A stretch of 64,000 nt of DNA, taken from NCBI GenBank assembly GCA_009836005.1, contig VXWG01000010.1:69675-133674 (forward strand), written 5' to 3'. This document shows positions 57,173 to 64,000 of this stretch, piece by piece. A program made the translations under genes and the position numbers. Position 1 is the stretch's first letter; each line of letters starts with the position of its first letter. The notes beneath the pieces were generated by a model that saw nothing but the letters and a program-made list of their open reading frames with translations, searched no databases and was not told where the DNA came from. Source of the stretch: Candidatus Palauibacter irciniicola (GTDB taxonomy: Bacteria > Gemmatimonadota > Gemmatimonadetes > Palauibacterales > Palauibacteraceae).

Positions 57173-58303
57173 ATGACGAGTCTCGCCCCCTCCGTGCGCG
57201 TCGTCCCCGTCGAGAGCCGCGCCGATCTCAAGCGCTTCATCGACCTGCCGTGGTCCATCTACCGGGGCGATCCCGACTGGGTGCCCCCGCTGAAGAGAGA
57301 CGTGCGGGCGGCGTTCGATCCGACGAAACACCCGTTCCACCAGCACTCCGAAGTCCAGCCCTATCTCGCCTTGCGCGATGGCCGGGCCGTGGGCCGGATC
57401 TGCGCGATCCGGAACCGGAATCACGAGCGGACGCACGACGAATCCGTGGGGTTCTTCGGCTGGTTCGAATGCGTCGACGACCCGGGGGTGGCCGCGGCGC
57501 TGCTCGACGCGGTCCGGGCCTGGCTGCGGGAACGCGGGCTTACCGCGATGCGGGGTCCCACGAGCTTCTCGACCAACGAGACCTGCGGACTGCTCATCGA
57601 CGGGGATCCCGGGCCTCCGGTCGTCCTCATGGCGTACAACCCGCCGTACTATCCCGCCCTGATGGAGGCCGCGGGGCTGCGGAAGGTCAAGGATCTCTTC
57701 GCCTGGCTCATGAAGAAGGGCGATTGGCCGCCGCACCTCTTCCGCGCCGAAAAGGTCGTGACCCGAAGGTACGGCATCCGGGTCAAGACGATGGACATGT
57801 CGCGCTTCGACGAAGAACTCGGACGCGTCCAGCGCCTGTACAACGCCGCGTGGGAGAAGAACTGGGGTTTCGTCCCCATGACCGAGGCCGAGATGGATCA
57901 CATGGCGGCCGAACTCAAGCCCATACTCGACCCCGAACTCGCGCTCTTCGCCGAGACGCCGGAGGGCGAGACGGCCGGCTTCGCCCTTGCCCTCCCGGAC
58001 TTCAACCAGGTGCTGCGCCGGATGAATGGCCGACTCTTCCCCTTCGGGATTCTCAAGGCGCTCATCCACAGGCGAAAAATCACGTGCATGCGCGTGATCA
58101 TCCTCGGGCTCGCCGAGGAATGGCGGGGCAAGGCCGTCGATGTCCTCCTCTACCTGTGGCTGTTCAGGAACGGGATCGCCGCCGGGATGACGTCCGCCGA
58201 ACAGTCCTGGATCCTCGAGGACAACCAGAAGATGAACCAGGCCATCGAGCGTCTCGGCGGCAGGATCTACCGGACCTACCGGCTGTACGAAGCGGCCCTT
58301 TAG
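57173..58303 (+). CDS. tandem-GNAT-fold N-acyltransferase (candidate bacterial ceramide synthase-like)
   Basis: 376 aa with an acyl-CoA N-acyltransferase-like C-terminal half (GFALALPDFNQVL...RVIILGLAEEWRGKAVDVLLYLWL). It lies 16 nt after spt and ends in TAG overlapping the next GTG. Confidence 0.55.
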   Translation: MTSLAPSVRVVPVESRADLKRFIDLPWSIYRGDPDWVPPLKRDVRAAFDPTKHPFHQHSEVQPYLALRDGRAVGRICAIRNRNHERTHDESVGFFGWFECVDDPGVAAALLDAVRAWLRERGLTAMRGPTSFSTNETCGLLIDGDPGPPVVLMAYNPPYYPALMEAAGLRKVKDLFAWLMKKGDWPPHLFRAEKVVTRRYGIRVKTMDMSRFDEELGRVQRLYNAAWEKNWGFVPMTEAEMDHMAAELKPILDPELALFAETPEGETAGFALALPDFNQVLRRMNGRLFPFGILKALIHRRKITCMRVIILGLAEEWRGKAVDVLLYLWLFRNGIAAGMTSAEQSWILEDNQKMNQAIERLGGRIYRTYRLYEAAL

Positions 58304-59256
58304 TGGCATCGGTCTTTTTGACGGGGGGAAGCGGGTTCCTCGGCGGCCATCTCGCCGAGGCCCTCGTCGCGGCCGGACACCGGGTCACCGCGAGCGTGCG
58401 GCGAACGAGCGACACGCGCCGTCTCGATCGGCTCGAGTTGACGAAGACGGAACTCGACCTCGGCGGGGAGGGCAGGCCGGAAGCGGCCGCGGCACTCGCG
58501 GATTGCGCCGCCGTCGTGCATTGCGGCGCGCTCACGCGGGCCCGCGATGAGTCGGAGTTCATGGCCGTGAACGCGGCCGGCACGCGCAAGCTCGCGAGGG
58601 CGGCGGCGGAGGCGGGAGTTCGACGGTTCGTTTTCATCAGCAGCCTCGCCGCCCGCGGTCCGGACGGCGCGGACGGACCCGTGAGCCCGTACGGTCGGTC
58701 GAAGGCCCAAGCCGAGGCGGCGCTCGCCTCCGTCCGCGGGTCGATGGAGGTCGCCGTGCTCCGGCCGGGGGGGGTCTACGGCCCGCGCGACTCCGACCTG
58801 TTGCCGCTCTTCCGGCTCGCGGCGCGAGGGTGGACCGCGATTCCGCGCAGCCACGCGCCCCTGCAGCCGGTGTACGTCGCCGATGTCGTCTCGGCCGTCC
58901 TGTCGGCGCTCGACGCGGCGCCGGCGCCGCTCCCGCTCCCCATCGCCGGGGCGGAACGCCCGTCCTGGGGCGCGGTGGCGCGCGCGCTGATGGCCGCCGT
59001 GGACCGTCCCGGCCGCGTCCTGCGGTTGCCGCCCGCGCTCTTTCTCGCGGCCGGGGCGCTGTCGGAACTCGCCGGCCGCCTGACGGGGAGGGCTCCCGCG
59101 TTCGACCGGCGACAGGCGCGGGACCTGTCCGCGTACGGTTGGACCTGCGACATCGAGCCGAGCCGAAAGGTTCTCGACCCCTGGCGTCCGAGGGTCGGCA
59201 TCGAAGACGGGCTCGCGCGCACCGCCGAGTGGTATCGCCGAAGGGGCTGGCTGTGA
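58303..59256 (+). CDS. NAD-dependent epimerase/dehydratase-family SDR (candidate 3-ketosphinganine/oxidised-ceramide reductase, CerR-like)
   Basis: A GTG at 58303 overlaps the upstream TAG. Rossmann motif FLTGGSGFLGGHL and a catalytic YxxxK (SPYGRSK). It is the 3' part of the ORF-track frame 57250..59256, whose 5' part is an alternative-frame artefact. Confidence 0.65.
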   Translation: MASVFLTGGSGFLGGHLAEALVAAGHRVTASVRRTSDTRRLDRLELTKTELDLGGEGRPEAAAALADCAAVVHCGALTRARDESEFMAVNAAGTRKLARAAAEAGVRRFVFISSLAARGPDGADGPVSPYGRSKAQAEAALASVRGSMEVAVLRPGGVYGPRDSDLLPLFRLAARGWTAIPRSHAPLQPVYVADVVSAVLSALDAAPAPLPLPIAGAERPSWGAVARALMAAVDRPGRVLRLPPALFLAAGALSELAGRLTGRAPAFDRRQARDLSAYGWTCDIEPSRKVLDPWRPRVGIEDGLARTAEWYRRRGWL

Positions 59257-60140
59257 GCGCCGGCCGCGGCGGAGGGCTCCTTCCCGTCGATCACGTAGCC
59301 ATCGGCTACTTCGGTTGCACGGGCCTCATTTCGCTGGCGTTCGGCGGCCTGTCCGGCGCCGGCATCGCGGCGGCCCACGCGATCGCCGTCTTCGGGATCA
59401 CGCGCCTTGCGGCCTGGCAGCCCCGCGGCGGCCTCGCCGCGATCGCGCGGGCGGCGTACGCCGTGCTCCTCACGCCCCTCCTGTACGCGGAACTCGCGAT
59501 CCTCAACCGCTTTTTCACGCAGCGGTACTTCGACGGGACGGTGCAGGCGTGGGATGCCGCCATGTTCGGCGGACAGCCGAGCATCGGCCTCAGCGCGTCG
59601 CTCCCCTGGCTCCCCTTCTCCGAGGTGTTGCACCTGGGCTACTTCGCCTACTACGCCATCATCCCCGCCGCCATCCTGGGCGTGTTCGCGACGCGGGGGT
59701 TCGAGGCCATGCAGCGCACCGCCCTCGCCGTGGCCGCCGCCTTCTTCGTCTCCTATCTCATCTTCATGTTCTTCCCGGTCGCCGGCCCCCGATACGAGTT
59801 CGCGCAGATCGGCGGCGAGATCGGCGAAGGGACGCTGTTCGGGATCGTGCACGGGATCCTGGAGGCCGGCTCGTCGAAGGGCACGGCCTTCCCCAGTTCC
59901 CACATCGCCGCCTCCCTGGCCGGGGTCTTGGCCGCCGGGCGCGAGGATCGGCGCTGGTTCTGGCTCCTCATCATCCCGGAACTCGCGTTGACTGCGGGGA
60001 CGGTGTACGGTCGCTTCCACTATGCGGCCGACGCCCTCGCGGGCCTCCTGCTCGGGCTGCTGGTCTGCGTCGTACTGCGCGCGGCCGACGCCGGGGCCCA
60101 CGGCCCCCGGGCCGCCGCAGACGGGCAACCCGCGGGCTGA
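59253..60140 (+). CDS. PAP2-superfamily membrane phosphatase
   Basis: A GTG overlaps the upstream TGA (GTGA). Multiple transmembrane segments. The PAP2 motifs are PSSH (FPSSHIAASLAG) and SRxxxxxHxxxD-like (RFHYAADALAG). Confidence 0.7.
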   Translation: MSAGRGGGLLPVDHVAIGYFGCTGLISLAFGGLSGAGIAAAHAIAVFGITRLAAWQPRGGLAAIARAAYAVLLTPLLYAELAILNRFFTQRYFDGTVQAWDAAMFGGQPSIGLSASLPWLPFSEVLHLGYFAYYAIIPAAILGVFATRGFEAMQRTALAVAAAFFVSYLIFMFFPVAGPRYEFAQIGGEIGEGTLFGIVHGILEAGSSKGTAFPSSHIAASLAGVLAAGREDRRWFWLLIIPELALTAGTVYGRFHYAADALAGLLLGLLVCVVLRAADAGAHGPRAAADGQPAG

Positions 60141-60166
60141 ACCGCGCATCAAAGCGGTGGATCCGG

Positions 60167-60747
60167 AAGGTGACCTTCAGAGGGATGACGTGGACGAACG
60201 CGACCTGATCGCCTGCGCCAAAGCGGGAGAGCGATCCGCGATGGGGGAGTTGTACGAACTCCACGCGCGACGCGTCTACACGGTGATTCGCCGCCTCGTG
60301 GGCGACGATCACCTCGCGGAGGACCTCTCGCAGGAAGCGTGGATCCGTGCGTTCGAGAAACTGCACCTCTTCCGGGGAGACGCGGCCTTCGGCACGTGGC
60401 TCTACAGGCTGGCGACGAACGTGGCGCTCAACCGGCTGCGCCGGTCGTCGAAACGACGTCCGGTGGAATCCGCCGCCGAGCTTCCGCGGGTGGTGCGGGC
60501 GCACGACGACGTGATCGTGACGCGGCGGGTCCTGACCAGGGCGCTGGACCAGTTGCCGCCGGGGTACCGGAGGGTCCTCGTGCTGCACGACGTGGAAGGC
60601 TGGACGCACAACGACATCGCCGAAGCTCTGGGGTGTTCGCCCGGCACGTCGAAATCGCAGTTGCACAAGGCGCGGGCGCGCATGCGGAAGCTCATCGCTC
60701 CGGAGGATTCCGGGAACGGCGGTGCGCGGGGCGAAGCGCGCCTCTGA
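60167..60747 (+). CDS. ECF (group IV) sigma-70 family sigma factor
   Basis: Region 2 (ELYELHARRVYTVIRRLVGDDHLAEDLSQEAWIRAFEKL) and region 4 (LPPGYRRVLVLHDVEGWTHNDIAEALGCSPGTSKSQLHKAR) are present. GTG start candidates lie at 60167 and 60191. Confidence 0.85.
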
Positions 60748-60761
60748 GAGGGATAGAAGAG

Positions 60762-61460
60762 ATGGCGAACCACATGGATGCCGAGCGCATCTCGGCACTG
60801 CTCGACGAGCCGTGGGCGGACCGGGACTGCCGGGCCCACCTCGAGACGTGCAGGGACTGCCAGGCGGAGTTCGAGAGGCTGAGCCGGATGCGCATGGCGC
60901 TGTCCGCACTTCCGGATGAGAAGGCGCCGGCCGGACAGTGGGCCAGCATCGAAGCCGCGCTCGATGCCGGTGAGGCGCGTGCCGGCGTCCGCCGGATCGG
61001 AGGAGGCCTCGCCGGCCGTCTCTTCGTCCGGGGACCGCTCCAGGCCGCCGCCGCCCTCGTGTTGTTCGCCGGCGGCGTCATCGCCGGCCTCCAGTTCACG
61101 GGCGGACGGTCCGCGAACTCGCCGGCGGCGGATCTCGCGGATCTCCCGTCCGTCGTCTCCACCGATGACGGTCGCGCCCTCGTGGACGGGCTCAGCCGGA
61201 TGGAATCGCTGCGGTCGCCGCTGAGACAGGTCGGAGAGGGGGGGATGGATCCCGCTTCGGAAGGCGGAGCGAGGGAGCGGGATCCCCTGGAGATGGCGCA
61301 GAGACTGGCGATGCTGGAGGGATATATTCGGGCACTGCGGGACGGTCTCGAGACGAGTCCCGACAATCCGTTCGCCAGCGCCTATCTGCTGGAACTCGTG
61401 GAGACGCGTGATCGGCTCGCGGAGGACCTCGGCCGCGCGAGCGGGACGCGAACCTGGTGA
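60762..61460 (+). CDS. anti-sigma factor (ZAS-like HxxxCxxC zinc motif, single transmembrane segment)
   Basis: CRAHLETCRDCQAEF is followed by a transmembrane helix LQAAAALVLFAGGVIAGL. It is immediately downstream of the ECF sigma gene. Confidence 0.7.
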   Translation: MANHMDAERISALLDEPWADRDCRAHLETCRDCQAEFERLSRMRMALSALPDEKAPAGQWASIEAALDAGEARAGVRRIGGGLAGRLFVRGPLQAAAALVLFAGGVIAGLQFTGGRSANSPAADLADLPSVVSTDDGRALVDGLSRMESLRSPLRQVGEGGMDPASEGGARERDPLEMAQRLAMLEGYIRALRDGLETSPDNPFASAYLLELVETRDRLAEDLGRASGTRTW

Positions 61461-62569
61461 CCCGGCTCCTCGCGCGGCCGCGTACGCCGCCGGCCTCGGC
61501 TCTGGCACTGGCTCTGGCCGCCCTGCCGTTCGCCGCTCTCGCCGGCGCCGCGCAGGAGGCCGGGACGGCGGAGTCCGCCGGCTGGATCGGGGTGCGGGTC
61601 GAGGAACGCTTCAACTGCGGCTGGGAGACTTCGGAGGACTGGAAGAACTGCACGCTCGTCCTCCGGATTCGCGAGATGCAGGAGGGCGGTCCGGCGGAGC
61701 GCGCGGGGCTCCGTGCCGGCGACCGGCTCGAGACGATGGACGGCGTGGAACTCACCCTCGCCAACCTGCCGGACAGGCTCGCATCGATTCGAGCGAGCGT
61801 TCCCGTTCGGCTCGAAGTGACCCGGGACGGAGTTCATCACACGTTCGAGGTCGTGCCCGACGTCCGGCCGCCGGACGCGGACAACCTTCCGATGGTGGGC
61901 CGCCGGACGGTGGTGGCCACGGCCGGTCCTCCGCAGCGGACCACCTTCGTCCTCTGGCTGACGGATCCGGCCGAGGGCGACGGCCCCGGCTTCGCCATCA
62001 CGGTCCGCGATACGGAGGATGTCGGCGTCGCCGTGGAACCCTCCGCCGTGCGGGTCGTCGACGGCCGGCTCAACGTACTTCCGGTGCGCGACCGGCCGGC
62101 CTCGGAGTTGCCGGCCGTCCGCCGGGAAGTGCTGAGCGATCTCCAGCGGGAATCGGAATCCGCGTATCGGGACTTCACGGTCGCGCTGGAGCGCGTCGGG
62201 GCGGTACGGGCCCGCCTCTCGCCGGTGGAGTTCCGGCGCCGCGCGATTCGCATCGCCGAACTGGCACTGGCGGAGACCGGACTCGCCGTCCGCTTCCAAC
62301 GCACGTTCGCCGGGGCCGAGTTCGAGCCCGTGCGCGACTTTTCCGACCGGCGCGGCCTCGACGGCCTCCTCGTGCTCAGGGTCGCCGGCGGGACGGTCAC
62401 GGACCGGCTCGGGCTCGGGCCGGGAGATCTCCTCGTGAGAGCGGGCGACCGTCCGATCCGCGACCTCGAGGATCTCGTCGCCGCGCTGGAATCGGAAGGG
62501 AACGAGGGTCTCGGGGTGGTGTGGGTTCGGGGAGGCGAAGAGATGAGCGGAGTCTGGCCCCGGCGCTGA
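61457..62569 (+). CDS. secreted double-PDZ-domain protein
   Basis: A GTG overlaps the anti-sigma TGA. There is a signal peptide (ALALALAALPFAALAGAAQ) and two PDZ cores (GGPAERAGLRAGDRLETMDGVEL; LGLGPGDLLVRAGDRPIRDLEDL). Confidence 0.7.
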   Translation: MTRLLARPRTPPASALALALAALPFAALAGAAQEAGTAESAGWIGVRVEERFNCGWETSEDWKNCTLVLRIREMQEGGPAERAGLRAGDRLETMDGVELTLANLPDRLASIRASVPVRLEVTRDGVHHTFEVVPDVRPPDADNLPMVGRRTVVATAGPPQRTTFVLWLTDPAEGDGPGFAITVRDTEDVGVAVEPSAVRVVDGRLNVLPVRDRPASELPAVRREVLSDLQRESESAYRDFTVALERVGAVRARLSPVEFRRRAIRIAELALAETGLAVRFQRTFAGAEFEPVRDFSDRRGLDGLLVLRVAGGTVTDRLGLGPGDLLVRAGDRPIRDLEDLVAALESEGNEGLGVVWVRGGEEMSGVWPRR

Positions 62570-63109
62570 TTGTGGCTCGCGAATTTCCGCGGCATCACAC
62601 TAGATTTGCCCATGGCTCGAAACTGTCCGGGACAGTGCATCCGCATCGCCGGTAGAGGACGACTACGCGTCCGAACGGATGCGTACGCCGTCATCGCGGC
62701 CTTCCTCCTCGGGATCGGACCGGGCACTGCCGTTCAGCCGTGCCCGAAGCATCGGATGGCGCACGGCGATGAGCCGGAGCCCCGGGCCGCCGCACTCCAT
62801 GAGACGCATGCAGACCAGGGGCATGCGGACCAGGGGCATGCGGACCACGGCCAGCCGGACCGCCATGCGGGGTCCTTCCATGCCGATGGCGCCGACGCCA
62901 TGGCGCCGCCGCATCACCATTCGGGAGGCCCCTGCGACTGCCTCGGCACCTGCCTCACGTGCTCCGGTTCGGCACATGTGGCGTCCGGCATGCCGGCGGC
63001 CCAGCCAACTTCGGCAAGCGGCGCGCCGCATGGCGTGCGGCCCGACTCCAGGCCGGTTTCCGACCCGACCGCCTATCTCAGACCGTTCGCTCAACCACCC
63101 CCCGCCTGA
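62570..63109 (+). CDS. His-rich hypothetical protein with HADQG tandem repeats and a CxC..CxxC cluster (start uncertain, possibly GTG around 62660)
   Basis: Tandem 15-bp DNA repeats encode HADQGHADQGHADHG. The HHHSGGPCDCLGTCLTC metal-binding-like cluster follows. The N-terminal part of the ORF looks non-coding. Confidence 0.35.
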   Translation: MWLANFRGITLDLPMARNCPGQCIRIAGRGRLRVRTDAYAVIAAFLLGIGPGTAVQPCPKHRMAHGDEPEPRAAALHETHADQGHADQGHADHGQPDRHAGSFHADGADAMAPPHHHSGGPCDCLGTCLTCSGSAHVASGMPAAQPTSASGAPHGVRPDSRPVSDPTAYLRPFAQPPPA

Positions 63110-63267
63110 CTCCTCGACAGAAGCCCGTATAAGTCGTCCGGGGTGCGAACCGCGTCGGCCGCGAACGCCGCCGCGCGCGCTCGTGCCCGTTGCCGAGTCG
63201 ATGCCGGCGCCCGTTGCCGCGCGCATCGATCGGCGGCGCATCCCTTATCGAACGAGGAGTCGAACGT

Positions 63268-64000
63268 TGAAGAACAGCACGATACTCGGCGCATTCGCGC
63301 TGCTGGCCCTTGCCGCACCCGTCGCCGCGCAGTGGAACGCTTCGCGCGCGGACAGCCACGCCCCCGTCGGAGTCATGGGCGATCACCGCCACGAGGCGGG
63401 CGAGGTGATGCTCTCCTACCGCTACATGGCGATGACCATGGAGGGGAGCCGCATCGGCACGGATCCCATCGCCGATGCGGATATCGTTTCCCCGGGCGGG
63501 GGGTTCATGGTCACACCGACCCGCATGCCCATGACGATGCACATGTTCGGGGCCATGTTCGCGCCGTCCGATCGCATCACCTTCATGGCGATGCTCCCCT
63601 TCGTCTCGAGTTCGATGGACCACATCACGCGCCACGGCGGGTCGTTCACGACCGAATCGGGCGGCATGGGCGACGTCAAGGTGGGCGCCATGATCGGCCT
63701 GGCCGACTGGGCGAACCAGTCGCTCCACCTGAACGCCATGGTCGGCCTGCCGACGGGATCGATCGAGGAGAGAGGCGTCCTGCCCATCAGTCAGGGGATG
63801 GAAGTGCAGCTCCCCTACCCGATGCAGATCGGGTCCGGCACGCTCGATCTGCGCCCCGGCCTTACGTGGCTGGGCCAGGCAGGCGACTGGTCCTGGGGAG
63901 CCCAGGGGAACGCCGTGATGCGCACGGGCCGGAACGAGCGCGACTGGGCGCTGGGCAACAAGGTGCAGGGGACCGCCTGGTGGGCGCGGGTGCTGGGGCG
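63268..64000 (+). CDS. outer-membrane beta-barrel 'transporter' (MetA-pathway/phenol-degradation-like) family protein; the 3' end lies outside the window
   Basis: Hand-translated from TTG at 63268 (GAGGAG RBS): signal peptide MKNSTILGAFALLALAAPVAAQ, then HAPVGVMGDHRHEAGEVMLSYRYMAMTMEG, typical of this barrel family. The frame is open to the window end. Confidence 0.6.

Noticed and set aside
57250-59256. 668-aa ORF 57250..59256 and 436-aa ORF 58830..60140 as single long genes
   Set aside because: Their 5' portions are Arg/Pro-rich alternative frames of the GNAT and SDR genes. Only the 3' portions (58303..59256 and 59253..60140) show SDR and PAP2 motifs, each with a GTG start overlapping the preceding stop.
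1-64000. CRISPR arrays, rRNA/tRNA genes, transposases or integrases
   Set aside because: No spaced direct-repeat arrays were seen. No tRNA-like cloverleaf candidates were recognised in the larger intergenic regions (23459-23605, 26399-26636, 45505-45748). No transposase or integrase motifs were recognised. The only repeats seen are the 15-bp coding tandem repeat at ~62800-62850 and the parS palindromes.

Overview
This is a high-GC (~68-70%) bacterial chromosomal window that spans the replication-origin neighbourhood. Gene content and usage are consistent with a Gemmatimonadetes-like or other high-GC Gram-negative genome. Everything below is from manual reading of the six-frame translations and DNA; no searches were run. 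The origin-proximal genes are dnaN-dnaA on the minus strand, divergent from rpmH-rnpA-yidD-yidC on the plus strand. parA-parB with two perfect parS palindromes lies about 6 kb further on. Housekeeping content includes polA, cspA, a lytic transglycosylase, lplA-gcvP-gcvH, dapF, mutY, a Fpg/Nei glycosylase, pyrF, sdhCAB, a 2-oxoacid dehydrogenase E1beta/E2 pair, and an aconitase-family protein. There is also a divergent NAD-dependent formate dehydrogenase cluster (fdhD <-> fdsGB-fdhA). The most notable observations are: (1) the FdhA catalytic subunit is a selenoprotein, with an in-frame TGA followed by a SECIS-like hairpin, which the ORF track split into two ORFs; (2) a tightly coupled four-gene operon, serine palmitoyltransferase (Spt) -> tandem-GNAT N-acyltransferase -> SDR epimerase-family reductase -> PAP2 phosphatase, looks like a bacterial ceramide/sphingolipid pathway with an added phosphatase step, followed immediately by an ECF sigma/ZAS anti-sigma/double-PDZ module; (3) a short ORF with a 12-nt perfect anti-16S Shine-Dalgarno sequence and an orphan intrinsic terminator sits just upstream of dapF; (4) a VapBC-like toxin-antitoxin pair lies between a Ca2+/cation antiporter and the sdh operon. 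Most long ORFs in the track that are Arg/Gly/Pro-rich are alternative-frame artefacts of the high GC content and are not reported as genes.
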